Counted from the stretch's first letter, positions 18,113-27,858 are shown. The stretch: 64,000 bases of DNA from Candidatus Binatia bacterium (GCA_038245295.1 JBBRSP010000002.1:353941-417940), one strand, 5' to 3'. The notes: generated from the sequence alone by a model not told the origin. A program made the numbers and translations.

Positions 18113-19999
18113 CTAGAAATACCCCGGCGGGGTTTCCGTATCCTTCGGCGTGTTGTCGCGGCTCGGGATCCATTTGCCGGTGATCATGTCTTTGTAACCC
18201 ATGCCGGGGCCGATCATCGGATAGACGTGAGCATTCTGGTCGACCATGACTTCGATAAACGCCGGGCCGTCGAACTTGACGAAGGCTTCGAGTGCGGCGT
18301 GCACGTCGGCGAGCTTCTCGACACGCCGGGCGAAACCGAAACCGTCGGCTTCGGCGGCTTTGACGAAGTCCTTGCGATGCAGGCTCTTGTCGGAGCCGGA
18401 ATAGCGGTTGGCGTAGAACAGATCTTGCCACTGCCGCACCATGCCGTCGCCGAGGTTGTTGAGCAGCAGAACCTTTACCGGAATATCGTAGTTGGTGAGG
18501 GTCTCGAGATCGCCCCAGTTCATACGGATGCTGCCGTCGCCGTCGACATCGATGACCAGCTTGCCCGGATTCGCGAGCTGCGCGCCGATGGCGGCGGGCA
18601 GACCGAAGCCCATCGTGCCCATGCTGCCGGAGGTCAGCCATTGCCGCGGCTCGGTGAAATCGAGGTACTGCGCCGCCCACATCTGGTGCTGGCCGACGCC
18701 GGTGCTGACGATCGCTTTGCCCTTGGTGATCTGATTCAGCGTGTGCAGGACGAACTCGGGCTGGATGATCGGCGACTCGCGGTTCCAGCTCAGCGGGTGG
18801 CGGCGCTTGAGCTCATGTGTATGCGCCAACCACTTCGAGTAATCCTTCTTGAAGCCGCGTCCGTACTCGCGCAACTGCGACAGACCGCGCTTCGCATCGG
18901 CGACATGTGACCAGTCGAAGTTTTTAACCTTGCCGATCTCCGAGGCGTCGATGTCGAGATGCGCGATCTTGGCATTTGGAGCGAACTCCTTGACCTTGCC
19001 GGCGACGCGATCGTCGAAGCGCGCGCCGACGGCAAACAGGAAATCACAGTCTTCCACCGAGTAGTTGGCGTAGGCGGTGCCGTGCATGCCGAGCATTTGC
19101 AACGACAGTTCGGTTGTCGTGTCGACGGAGCCGATGCCGAGCAGCGTGGTGACAACCGGAATTCCGAAACGCTCGGCGAAGCGGCGCAGCTCCGGCGCGG
19201 CGTTGCTGTTGATGACACCGCCGCCGGCATAGATGAGCGGCCGGTCGGCGCGTTCGAGCATGGCGAAGAAGGCCGCCGCGCCTTCGGGCGACAAGGTGGA
19301 ATCGTTGAGTGCCGCCAGGCGCTCTTCCCAGCCGCGCAAGCGCAGCAGGCCGCTGCCCTGGTAGACGTGTTGGGCCAGTTGCACATCGCGCGGGATGTCG
19401 ACGACGACCGGTCCGGGGCGGCCGCTGCGAGCGATTTCGAAGGCGGTGCGCATCGTCGCTTCGACCTTGGTTTCATCGGTGACGAGGAAGACGTGTTTGG
19501 CGCACGAGGCCATGATGTTGAACACGGGCGCTTCCTGGAAAGCGTCCGTGCCCATGGCGATGCGCGGCACCTGGCCGGTGACGAGGATCATCGGAACCGA
19601 GTCGGCCTGGCAATCACGGATTGGCGTCACCGCGTTGGTCGCTCCCGGGCCCGAGGTGACGACGGCGACGCCGACGCGTCCGGAGGACCGTGAATACCCA
19701 GCCGCCATGAAGCCGGCACCCTGTTCGGTAGCCGGGATCACCAGGCGGATCTCTTTCGATTTTGGCTGGTTGCCGTTGAAGCGGTAGATGGCGTCGTAGG
19801 TCGGCAGAATGGCTCCGCCGCTGTAGCCGAAGATCGTATCGACGCCTTCGTCAGCCAGCACATGCACCAACGCGTCGGCGTTGGTCATGAGTGTCCCGGC
19901 AGCGGGATGTGGCTTGGCCGGGGCTACCCGGACCAGGGAGGGGCGGCTCGGGGTTGGAGAAGGTTTTGTGGCTCGACGCGGCGACTTCGACGGGGGCAT
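18113..19999 (-). CDS. ilvB: Acetolactate synthase large subunit (biosynthetic type); start could be 19889
   Basis: FGYSGGAILP, TSGPGATN, GTDAFQE, MLGMHG, RFDDRV, GVGQHQMW, GTMGFGLPAA, ThDP motif GDGS...NN, GMVRQWQ. Confidence 0.95.
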   Translation of the reverse strand: MPPSKSPRRATKPSPTPSRPSLVRVAPAKPHPAAGTLMTNADALVHVLADEGVDTIFGYSGGAILPTYDAIYRFNGNQPKSKEIRLVIPATEQGAGFMAAGYSRSSGRVGVAVVTSGPGATNAVTPIRDCQADSVPMILVTGQVPRIAMGTDAFQEAPVFNIMASCAKHVFLVTDETKVEATMRTAFEIARSGRPGPVVVDIPRDVQLAQHVYQGSGLLRLRGWEERLAALNDSTLSPEGAAAFFAMLERADRPLIYAGGGVINSNAAPELRRFAERFGIPVVTTLLGIGSVDTTTELSLQMLGMHGTAYANYSVEDCDFLFAVGARFDDRVAGKVKEFAPNAKIAHLDIDASEIGKVKNFDWSHVADAKRGLSQLREYGRGFKKDYSKWLAHTHELKRRHPLSWNRESPIIQPEFVLHTLNQITKGKAIVSTGVGQHQMWAAQYLDFTEPRQWLTSGSMGTMGFGLPAAIGAQLANPGKLVIDVDGDGSIRMNWGDLETLTNYDIPVKVLLLNNLGDGMVRQWQDLFYANRYSGSDKSLHRKDFVKAAEADGFGFARRVEKLADVHAALEAFVKFDGPAFIEVMVDQNAHVYPMIGPGMGYKDMITGKWIPSRDNTPKDTETPPGYF

Positions 20000-20142
20000 G
20001 TTCGCTCGACTCCTCTGCAGGCAAAAGTAAGCGGACTGTAGCGCAGAGTCGAGGCCGTTGCGAAGGGCTGCGCAAGGTCGGGGTGGGGTCAGTTCAACCG
20101 AGTGCCAATGAGCCCGGTGCCCCCGTGTTGTTGGAGACCAAG

Positions 20143-20290
20143 CTCCCCCTCTCCCACTTCGAATGGATTTGTCGATCGGTGGGAGAGGGTCGGGGGGAGG
20201 GCGCGCGGCTGGGCTGGCTGGATCCGCCGCTGACCCTCACCCTAACCCTCTCCCATTGTCTGGTTTCTCATTCACGGTGGGAGAGGGGAG
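20143..20290. repeat. Double-hairpin palindromic repeat (CCCTCACCCTAACCCTCTCCC...GGGAGAGGG family)
   Basis: Two inverted units, each CCCTCTCCC-loop-GGGAGAGGG. Related sequence at 4188-4203/4476-4495 and 41296-41345. Confidence 0.75.
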
Positions 20291-20396
20291 TTTGGGATTC
20301 CACAACTCCTTGCAGGAAACACCACTATCGGGAGGTCGGGGTGGGACGCGCTCGGAGGTCGCACCCCACCCGAAGCTTTCGAATTCGTAACGGCGA

Positions 20397-21404
20397 TCAG
20401 GCGAGGCCGATGGCGCGATCCTGGGCTTCGGAGTCGAAATCTTCGAACTGAATGATCTCCATCTCCTCGAAGGCCCGGCGGACATGCGGCGTCAGCAAGC
20501 CGAGACGTTTGATGTTGGGCACGACGCGCGCGAACAGGGCCTGACGGAACATCTTCATGACCGGCGAGGCCAAGACGATCTCGCGGACTTCGGCGACGTT
20601 GAAGCCGAAGTAACGCGACACATCCTCGGCCAGCAGGCGATCACGCATCAGGCGGCAGGCTTCGATGACGAAGTCTTCGCGCACCTTGCGCTCCGCCTCG
20701 GGCATATCGACGTAGTAGTCCTTGAGCGAGATCACGCCGAAGGCGACGTGGCGCGATTCGTCTTTCATCACGTAGTGGACGAGCTCCTTGACCAGCGGCT
20801 CCTGCGCCATCGTGTACATCTGCGAGAAAGCGGCCATGGCGAGGCCTTCGACGAGGATCTGCATGCCGAGGTATTTCATGTCCCAGCGCTGATCGCAGAT
20901 GATCAGATCGAGCAACGCCTTGAGGTTCGGATTGATCGGCCATTCCCACTCGAGCTTGTCGCGCAGGTAGCGCGAGAAGACTTCGACGTGGCGCGCCTCG
21001 TCCATGGTCTGCGAGGCGGCGTAATACTTGGCGTCCATCCACGGCACAGCGCCGGTGAGTTGCGACGCGACAATCAGCGCGCCCTGCTCGCCGTGCATGA
21101 ACTGCGACAGCTGCCAGGCCATGCCGGCGTGGCGGAATTTCTTGTGCTCTTTCTCGTTGAACGCCTTGAACGGGGCGTAGTCCTGCAGCGGATTGTACCC
21201 GAGGGGGATGATCTCACTCTCCGGATCGACCGGCGTGTTCCAGGCGAGTTGGGTTGTGCCGTTCCACTGCTCGCGCTTGGCCTTTTCGTAGAGCTCGCGC
21301 AGCCCTTCTTTGACGCTGCCGTAGTTCCAAGCGTAGTTGGTGTCGAACGACGTCAGAATCGTTTCAATCTCGGTATCGATCTGGCCCTTATTGATCATCT
21401 CCAC
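20397..21404 (-). CDS. Ferritin-like di-iron protein (AurF/N-oxygenase-related)
   Basis: Di-iron ligand pattern HGEQG...DEARH...EGLA...DESRH; AAAGGA RBS with GTG start. Confidence 0.85.
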   Translation of the reverse strand: MEMINKGQIDTEIETILTSFDTNYAWNYGSVKEGLRELYEKAKREQWNGTTQLAWNTPVDPESEIIPLGYNPLQDYAPFKAFNEKEHKKFRHAGMAWQLSQFMHGEQGALIVASQLTGAVPWMDAKYYAASQTMDEARHVEVFSRYLRDKLEWEWPINPNLKALLDLIICDQRWDMKYLGMQILVEGLAMAAFSQMYTMAQEPLVKELVHYVMKDESRHVAFGVISLKDYYVDMPEAERKVREDFVIEACRLMRDRLLAEDVSRYFGFNVAEVREIVLASPVMKMFRQALFARVVPNIKRLGLLTPHVRRAFEEMEIIQFEDFDSEAQDRAIGLA

Positions 21405-21463
21405 GCGGTTGGATCCTTTCGTTAGGCGGCGAACCTATGTGGCTACTTGTTTGGTGTCAATAG

Positions 21464-21481
21464 GAACCTGACGTCGAGTTC
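21464..21481. promoter_or_regulatory. Possible TetR operator
   Basis: Imperfect palindrome GAACCTGACGTCGAGTTC in the short divergent spacer between the di-iron gene and tetR. Confidence 0.4.
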
Positions 21482-21522
21482 ATCTTTTTGTATCGGCCAA
21501 CTCTTTTGGTAAGAGGGGGCGG

Positions 21523-22173
21523 GTGCCCCGTAGATCGAGTTTGAAAACACGCCCCGCCCTGCGGACACCGCAGCAAGCACGTAGCCGCCGTACGCGCGAG
21601 GACATCCTCAGCGCGGCGATCGCCTGCTTCGAAGTCAAAGGGTATGACGAAACCACCACCGCGGCGATTGCTCGCAAGGCGGGTATCGCCGTCGGCACGT
21701 TGTACGGCTACTTCCTCGACAAGCGGGCGATTCTGCTCGAGCTGCTTGATGGAACGACGAACGCCATCGCCGACTACGTCATCCAGAACCTCAATCCTGA
21801 CTTATGGCGCCACGCCGAGCCCAAGTCGTCGATTCGCCAACTGATCGATGCGATCTTCCACACGCGCACGATCAACCCCGGCATGCAGCGCATCCTGTGG
21901 GAGCGCTACTTCAAGGACGAGCAATTTCGCGCCGCCGTGCAGGGTATCGAGTCGCGCGTGCGTGCCTCGATGGAAGCTCTCTTCGCAGCCCTGCGCGAGG
22001 GCGGGCAGCTGCGCGTCACCGATACCCATACCGCGGCGTTCATCATTTACGCGTCGATCGAGTGGACCGCGTCGCGTCTGGTGCTGGGCGCCAGCGACAC
22101 GCAGATTGACGCGGCGGTCGATTCTGCTTCCGATATGGTCGTACGGTTTTTGTTCCATGATGCAGCCCACTGA
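21523..22173 (+). CDS. TetR/AcrR family transcriptional regulator
   Basis: PQQARS..TR..IL.AA...F..KGY..TT...IA.KAG...GTLY.YF.DK HTH. Confidence 0.95.
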   Translation: MPRRSSLKTRPALRTPQQARSRRTREDILSAAIACFEVKGYDETTTAAIARKAGIAVGTLYGYFLDKRAILLELLDGTTNAIADYVIQNLNPDLWRHAEPKSSIRQLIDAIFHTRTINPGMQRILWERYFKDEQFRAAVQGIESRVRASMEALFAALREGGQLRVTDTHTAAFIIYASIEWTASRLVLGASDTQIDAAVDSASDMVVRFLFHDAAH

Positions 22174-23215
22174 CCCACCACGTCTGCCGCCCCTGCGGCT
22201 CGGCTCGTTCGAGCTTGACACGCCGGTGTTGGCAGCGCCGATCGCCGGTTTTACCGACGCCGTGTTTCGCCAGATCGTCCGCCACTACGGTGGTTGCGGC
22301 CTCATCTATACCGAGATGATCTGGGCCGGTGGCTGGATCAGCGGCCAGATCGAGCCGCCGCGCCTCGCTGGAGTGCGCGACGAAGTGCGACCGCTCGGTG
22401 TGCAGCTGTGGGATCGCGAGCCCGGCCATCTCGAAGATGCGGCCGGTCGTCTGGTTGATCTGGGCGTCTCCGTCATCGATCTGAATTTCGGCTGTCCCAA
22501 GAAACGCATCATGGGCAAACACGCCGCCGGGGCGACGCTGCTGCGTGATCCGCAAACCGTCGGCAACCTTGTCGCCGCAACCGTGCGCGGCGCTCGTGGC
22601 ACACCGGTTACGGCCAAGATGCGCTTGGGCCCGGCGATTGATCGACGCACCGCGCCGGCGGTGGCGCGCGCCGCTCAGGACAATGGTGCCGTCGCCATCA
22701 CTGTCCATGGCCGCACCGCCGACCAACGTTACGACGAAGCCTCACGCCCCGATCTGATTGCCGAAGTGTCGCAAGCCGTATCGATCCCGGTGATCGCCAA
22801 CGGTGACATTCGCGACGCGGCCTCGGCGCTTGCCGTGCTGCGAACCAGCGGCGCTTCCGGAGTGATGGTGGCGCGTGAAGCCATCACACGCCCCTGGGTG
22901 TTTCGCGAGATCAGTGCCGCCCTTCAGGGGTTGCCCATCCCACCGCGCCCCAGCATCGAAGATCAGAAACAGCAGCTCCTGGCGCACCATGGCGCGATGA
23001 TCGAACGTTTCGGCGATCCCCACGGCACCGTTCTCATGCGCAAGTTCGCCTGCCGTTATCTGGTGGGTGTCCAGGGGAATGCTCGGTTCCGCAACGCCAT
23101 CTCGCGGGCCGAAAACGCCGCTCACTTTCGCGACATCGTCGAAACCTTCCTGCCTGGGGACGAGGCCACGATGGTGTCGGCGGGGCTGCCAGCCGGACTC
23201 GACGCTTTGACGTGA
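22157..23215 (+). CDS. tRNA-dihydrouridine synthase (DusB-like)
   Basis: LAAPIAGFTD..FR, IDLNFGCP, VTAKMR, VHGRT, IANGDI; start overlaps the end of tetR. Confidence 0.9.
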   Translation: MMQPTDPPRLPPLRLGSFELDTPVLAAPIAGFTDAVFRQIVRHYGGCGLIYTEMIWAGGWISGQIEPPRLAGVRDEVRPLGVQLWDREPGHLEDAAGRLVDLGVSVIDLNFGCPKKRIMGKHAAGATLLRDPQTVGNLVAATVRGARGTPVTAKMRLGPAIDRRTAPAVARAAQDNGAVAITVHGRTADQRYDEASRPDLIAEVSQAVSIPVIANGDIRDAASALAVLRTSGASGVMVAREAITRPWVFREISAALQGLPIPPRPSIEDQKQQLLAHHGAMIERFGDPHGTVLMRKFACRYLVGVQGNARFRNAISRAENAAHFRDIVETFLPGDEATMVSAGLPAGLDALT

Positions 23216-23246
23216 CATTCGCCAGCGCCGCGGATAAGAGGGCGGC

Positions 23247-24506
23247 GTGCTCGAATCATTGCTCGGGACAGTTGCGGTGCCGGCCGATCTGGCATCTGTC
23301 GAATCCGTGCGCCCCGGCGCCGAGATGGATCCGCGCCAGCTTGATCTGCCAGCCGACGCTGCGGACCGCATCTGGCAGGCGGCCCGCGCCGTCTACGGCA
23401 CCGGTATCCATCCTGCCATTCAACTCAGCGTGCGCCGCAGCGGTCAGGTCCTGGTCGACCGCGCCATCGGCCATGCCGCCGGCAACGAGCCCGGAGCCGA
23501 CCCCGACGCCCCGAAAGTTCTGGTAACCCCCGACACGCCGTTCAACCTGTTCTCTGCCTCGAAGGCGGTGACCGCCATGGTCATCCATCTTCTCGACCAG
23601 CGCCACCTGCTGCGTGTCGCCGATCCGGTATGTGAGTACATCCCCGAGTTTGCCCGCCACAACAAGCAATGGATCACGATCCGGCACCTGCTGGCGCACC
23701 GGGCCGGCATTCCCAATCTGCCGCCCCAGGGAATGCGGGTCGAGAACCTGCGCGACCCTAAGGCCATTGTTGAAATCATGTGTGACCTCAAGCCGTCGCA
23801 TCGCGCCGGACGTAACCTGGCGTACCACGCGATCACCGGCGGCTTCATTCTGGGTGAAATTGTCGAGCGTGTGACCGGGATGTCGTTGCGCGCCTTCATG
23901 ACCCGCGAGTTTCGTAAACCCTTCGGATTCCGTTGGATGAACTATGGCGTGGGCAAGCGCGACGTCGGGCGGATCGCGCGCAACGTGCAGACGGGCCCGG
24001 CGCCCTTCCCACCGTTTTCGACACTCCTACAGGGGGCGATCGGCGTACCCTTCGGCGAGGTTGTGGATGTTTCCAACGATCCCGGGTTTCTGACCTCGGT
24101 GGTACCGTCGGGCAACCTGATCGCCACGGCCGACGAAATCGCCCGCTTCTATCAGATGCTTCTGGACGGCGGCGAATGGAAAGGCTTGCAGATCTACGAC
24201 CCCCGGACCGTGCGCCGGGCGCGCATGGAAGAAGCCTACATGGAGATCGATCGGGTCCTTGGATTGCCGCTGCGTTACTCGATGGGCTTCATGCTGGGGC
24301 ACGACTGGTTCAGCGTCTACGGGCCGGACACCAGGCACGCCTTTGGCCATGTTGGCTTTACGAACATCGTCACCTGGGCCGACCCGTCGCGCGATCTCGT
24401 CGTGGCGTTTCTCACCAACGGCAAGCCCCTCGTCTACCCGCAGCTCTACTATTTATGGAGCCTGTTCCGCGAAATCGGCAGCGTGTGCGGCAAGACGGGA
24501 CGCTAG
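23247..24506 (+). CDS. Serine hydrolase, beta-lactamase fold (LipE-like esterase)
   Basis: SxxK (FSASKA), LLAHRAG, AYHA, AFGHVG, WADP. Confidence 0.9.
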   Translation: MLESLLGTVAVPADLASVESVRPGAEMDPRQLDLPADAADRIWQAARAVYGTGIHPAIQLSVRRSGQVLVDRAIGHAAGNEPGADPDAPKVLVTPDTPFNLFSASKAVTAMVIHLLDQRHLLRVADPVCEYIPEFARHNKQWITIRHLLAHRAGIPNLPPQGMRVENLRDPKAIVEIMCDLKPSHRAGRNLAYHAITGGFILGEIVERVTGMSLRAFMTREFRKPFGFRWMNYGVGKRDVGRIARNVQTGPAPFPPFSTLLQGAIGVPFGEVVDVSNDPGFLTSVVPSGNLIATADEIARFYQMLLDGGEWKGLQIYDPRTVRRARMEEAYMEIDRVLGLPLRYSMGFMLGHDWFSVYGPDTRHAFGHVGFTNIVTWADPSRDLVVAFLTNGKPLVYPQLYYLWSLFREIGSVCGKTGR

Positions 24507-24604
24507 AAATCGACACTTCTCGACGCGCGGTGACACAGATCGGGGCTTGCCCCGTTGCGGTGCGCATCCGGCAGTTGTAAGTAGACGCTCCAGTTTCTTG
24601 GCAT

Positions 24605-24694
24605 GGAGAGGTGGCCGAGTGGTCGAAGGCGCACGCCTGCTAAGTGTGTGTAGGGCTTAACACTCTACCGAGGGTTCGAATCCCTCCCTCTCCG
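24605..24694 (+). tRNA. tRNA-Ser (anticodon GCT), CCA not encoded
   Basis: GGAGAGG/CCTCTCC acceptor stem, D-loop GAGTGG, anticodon arm CACGC-CTGCTAA-GTGTG, long variable arm, GAGGG-TTCGAAT-CCCTC T-arm, discriminator G. Confidence 0.96.
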
Positions 24695-24711
24695 TCACTT
24701 TTCGACCAGAT

Positions 24712-25092
24712 TCACGCGCCACACTTGGCTTCACACAAGCTGTTGGCGCCGGTGGCAACGTGGCCTCCTTTGCTCACACATTTCTCCGCCGTGGTCAGCT
24801 TCTTACGGTTGCTCTTGGTGCAGCAGACGACTTCGTTGGCCTTGCCGCAGACCGAGCTGTTGGCGCATTTGGCCAGCTTGCGCAGGTCCTTCGGAGCGCA
24901 GCCCTGCGCCTTCAGGCCGCGTAACTGCGTGCTGACACATTTCATAAACTGACCGTGTTTACTCGACTGGCCGCAGGGGCATGCTTGGGAAACCGCTGCC
25001 TGCGGGTCGGCAGGGCAGGTCGCCGCGGCCGGTTGCACGGTTGCAAGCCCGAAAAGAACCAAACCAAGCGTCAACATCAGGGTGCGCATCAT
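24712..25092 (-). CDS. Small secreted Cys-rich cationic protein (126 aa, 12 Cys)
   Basis: AGGAGGAG RBS; signal peptide ending AAA; 12 Cys and many Lys in the mature part. Confidence 0.8.
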   Translation of the reverse strand: MMRTLMLTLGLVLFGLATVQPAAATCPADPQAAVSQACPCGQSSKHGQFMKCVSTQLRGLKAQGCAPKDLRKLAKCANSSVCGKANEVVCCTKSNRKKLTTAEKCVSKGGHVATGANSLCEAKCGA

Positions 25093-25337
25093 GGGAATCT
25101 CTCCTCCTGGGTCTAGTTTCTCCGCTATGCCACCGCGTTGCGCAAGCACCTGGCCGCCACCAGACGGAGATTTCCAGCGGCGGGGCGGTCACAGAATGAC
25201 GCAAAAGTTGTAAATTATCGCAATCCGAGATATGAGCCACGCACGTCTGCGACAAACCTGGACCGTCGTGGTTTTTGGCTGATCGGACCGCGGTTCGGGC
25301 CTAGTATGGGTGTCGGCGGGGAGGTCTATCAGGAGGC

Positions 25338-25832
25338 ATGCCCAACCGGGCGTTCATTGGGATCGGATCGAACCTGGGAGATCGAAAAGCCAATTTTTTT
25401 GAGGCGATAGATCGAATCCAGAAGATTCCTAAATCCCGGCTGACCAAGCAATCGTCGTTGTACGAGAGCGAGCCGCATGGCGACGCCAAGACGTGGTTCG
25501 TCAACGGTGTCGTCGAGATCGAGATCGAAAGCAGTCCGGACGATCTGTTGAAACAGCTGAAGGCGATCGAGGAATCGATGGGCCGCAAGCGCGTCAGCGG
25601 CAAACGTTGGGGCTCCCGGATCATCGATCTCGACATCATTATGTACAACAACGACGTCGTCGAGAAACGCACCTTGAAGGTTCCACACGCCGAGATGGCC
25701 AATCGACGCTTCGTCCTGTCGCCGCTGGCCGAATTGGCGCCGCACATGGTTCACCCGAAGCTGGGTATCACGATTTCGGAGATGGTGGCCGGCACCAAGG
25801 ATAGGAAAAAGATCCATCTCTTTCGCGACTGA
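25338..25832 (+). CDS. folK: 2-amino-4-hydroxy-6-hydroxymethyldihydropteridine diphosphokinase
   Basis: FIGIGSNLGD, SSLYESEP, FVNGV, WGSRIIDLDI, VPH..M..RRFVL.PL.E. Confidence 0.96.
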   Translation: MPNRAFIGIGSNLGDRKANFFEAIDRIQKIPKSRLTKQSSLYESEPHGDAKTWFVNGVVEIEIESSPDDLLKQLKAIEESMGRKRVSGKRWGSRIIDLDIIMYNNDVVEKRTLKVPHAEMANRRFVLSPLAELAPHMVHPKLGITISEMVAGTKDRKKIHLFRD

Positions 25833-25965
25833 GCTCGCTGATGATTGGCACGGCGGTGCCTCATCATCGTCTGCGTGACAGGTTTAGGAGGGCAGATCGA
25901 GGCAGGGATTTTCCAGGCTCGGAGTAGTTGAGCCGGGCACAACGTCTGCACCGTTTTCTGCACAT

Positions 25966-26118
25966 ATGCTCCGACGTTCGGTGAAGAAACATCCCGAAGA
26001 GCATCGGGAGCCCGGGGCGCAAGGGCCTCCGGCAAACGGCTTCGTCGTGCCGATGTGGGTCATCGCCCTTCTAGTCTGCGCGTTCTGCGTTCTCGTTTCG
26101 ATCCCAGCGTTTTTCTGA
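25966..26118 (+). CDS. Candidate 50-aa tail-anchored membrane microprotein
   Basis: MLRRSVKKHPEEHREPGAQGPPANGFVVPMWVIALLVCAFCVLVSIPAFF. GG-N10-GC motif at 25935-25950; no clear RBS. Confidence 0.4.
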   Translation: MLRRSVKKHPEEHREPGAQGPPANGFVVPMWVIALLVCAFCVLVSIPAFF

Positions 26119-26234
26119 ATTTCCTTCCCGGGTCCTGTCCTACGTTCGGGGAACAAGAAGTGGTGCGAAAGACCGTCCGAGCGACTTGCGGCGTTGACGC
26201 CCCGCTGCGAGGGTCGTAGGATCGTCGAACTGCT

Positions 26235-26777
26235 ATGAAACATTGGTTTGCACTTTCCGCCATTGGGCCTGATCGCCCTGGAATTGTCGCCGATCTCGCC
26301 GAGCTGATCTTCGAGTGTGACTGCAATCTCGAAGACTCGAGCATGACGATCCTCGGCAACGAATTTGCCGTCTTATTGTTGCTGACCGGCGAAGGACCAG
26401 AAATCGAGCGTCGCTTGTCTTCGGCGTGTAAACGCCTCGAGTGGGAGAAGCGCATCACCGTCTTCTTTCGGCCCTTGGATCGTGAGCCCCTTTCCTATGC
26501 TGCCGCCGAACATGCTCGGCCGTATCAAGTGCAGGCGGTTGGTGTCGACAAGGCGGGCCTCGTCGCCAAAGTCGCACGTTGTCTTGCCGACCACCGCGCC
26601 AGCATCACGCACATGTCGACTCAATCGCGCCCGGAGCCGCTCAGCGGCACACCGATGTACAACATGAACATTCGCCTGGCCGTTCCGGAGACCGCCGACC
26701 TGGCGGTTCTACAGAGCGACCTCGACGCAGTGGCGGCGTCCCTGCACATCGAGTTGACTCTTTCCGAAGCGGAGTAA
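26235..26777 (+). CDS. gcvR: GcvR-like tandem ACT-domain protein
   Basis: Two ACT repeats: G.DRPGIVA...CNLEDSSM..LG.EFA and G.DKAGLVA.V...I. Confidence 0.85.
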   Translation: MKHWFALSAIGPDRPGIVADLAELIFECDCNLEDSSMTILGNEFAVLLLLTGEGPEIERRLSSACKRLEWEKRITVFFRPLDREPLSYAAAEHARPYQVQAVGVDKAGLVAKVARCLADHRASITHMSTQSRPEPLSGTPMYNMNIRLAVPETADLAVLQSDLDAVAASLHIELTLSEAE

Positions 26778-26792
26778 GACAGGAGGATTGCA

Positions 26793-26987
26793 ATGTTTGG
26801 TCTTGGTATTCCGGAGCTCGTCGTCATCTTGGTCATTGCGCTAGTCATCTTTGGTCCGGGCAAACTGCCGGAGATCGGCGGCGCCCTCGGCAAAGGCATC
26901 CGCGACTTCAAGAAGGGCTTCGAGGGCGGCGAAGAGGATCCCAAAAAGGTTGAAGAGGGCGCCAGCTCGAAGCCCGACAAGGAATGA
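26793..26987 (+). CDS. tatA: Twin-arginine translocase subunit TatA/E
   Basis: [50 protein letters not shown]. Confidence 0.97.
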   Translation: MFGLGIPELVVILVIALVIFGPGKLPEIGGALGKGIRDFKKGFEGGEEDPKKVEEGASSKPDKE

Positions 26988-27038
26988 ACCGGCGGCCGCA
27001 TGAGCGGGCTTTGCACGCGAATTCGTATCGCAGCACGC

Positions 27039-27115
27039 CGCAAGCTGAAGCCTGCGCCTACCGCTCTGAATTCGCAGGCGGAATCGAAACTGGTAGGCGC
27101 AGGCTTCAGCTTGCG
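27039..27115. repeat. Inverted pair of GTAG REPs (REPIN/BIME-like)
   Basis: CGCAAGCTGAAGCCTGCGCCTAC (27039-27061) and GTAGGCGCAGGCTTCAGCTTGCG (27093-27115) are exact reverse complements around a 31-nt spacer. Confidence 0.85.
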
Positions 27116-27187
27116 GCGTGCTGAGCGCAGCCTGACCGTTGATTTTATGTGCAAAGGCGCATGACGTCGACCGCCTCTAGTCGATAA

Positions 27188-27700
27188 ATGCCGCCGTCCG
27201 TGCTTCCTACGCCCCTTGCCGCGCTCTGTCTCCCACTCAACGCGCGCAGCTATCGCGCCTCTTCCTGGGATCGCAGCGGTGGCAACCGCGACTTGATCGT
27301 CGTCGGTCCTGGTGAAACGAAAGTATTGCTCGACGTCGCCGGACCCGGCTGCGTCACCCAATTCTACTGTGCCCTGGCCTTCCCGGCTTTGAACGATTAC
27401 CGCGACGCCATCCTACGCTGCTTCTGGGATGACGAACCGGCGCCGTCGGTCGAAGTGCCGCTCGGCGATTTCTTCTGCCTGTCGCATGCACGAACGCGTC
27501 CGCTTTCGAGTGCCATCGTCAATGTCCATCCCGGCGTCGGCGCGTCGTATGGACTCAGCGCCTACTTCGCGATGCCGTTCGCGTCGCGCGCGCTGATCAC
27601 CCTGGAGCACCACGGCACGAGCCTGCTGGCTTTCTACGCCGGTCGCTTTGAAGAGTTTCTTCGGCAGGCCAGTGAGCTGGCCGGCACGAAGCAGACTTAG
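27188..27700 (+). pseudogene. Truncated DUF2961 (GH172-like) gene
   Basis: SSWDRSGGNRD, GPGCVT, LRCFWDDE..PSVEVPLGDFF, YF.MPF...A.ITLE. It then diverges and stops at 170 aa, about half the usual family length. Confidence 0.7.
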
Positions 27701-27743
27701 TACTGTTCGGCACAGGTACCGTGACGTATCCGCAACCGCCCTC

Positions 27744-27858
27744 CGCAGGCTTCAGCCTGCGGTCCGATCAGCTCAGCCGGGTAGGCGCAGGCTTCAGCCT
27801 GCGGTCCGGTCAGGCAATGCTTCCGAACCGCTGCGAAATACGTCGCCGAACTTATGAA
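27744..27858 (+). repeat. Tandem REP hairpins plus conserved 3' extension
   Basis: CGCAGGCTTCAGCCTGCG at 27744 and GTAG-REP at 27781. The extension CAATGCTTCCGAAC..CGAAATACGTCGCCGAACT.ATGAA recurs inverted at 37193-37270. Confidence 0.8.

Noticed and set aside
20000..20396. ilvB leader-peptide attenuator
   Set aside because: No short Ile/Leu/Val-rich leader with a terminator/antiterminator was seen; the hairpins belong to a dispersed repeat family.
24605..24694. tRNA-Ser as the integration site of an island
   Set aside because: I found no duplicated tRNA 3' end and no integrase in the window; the flanking genes are ordinary.
25846..25860. Sigma54 promoter TGGCACGGCGGTGCC
   Set aside because: GG-to-GC spacing is 9 rather than the required 10 nt.
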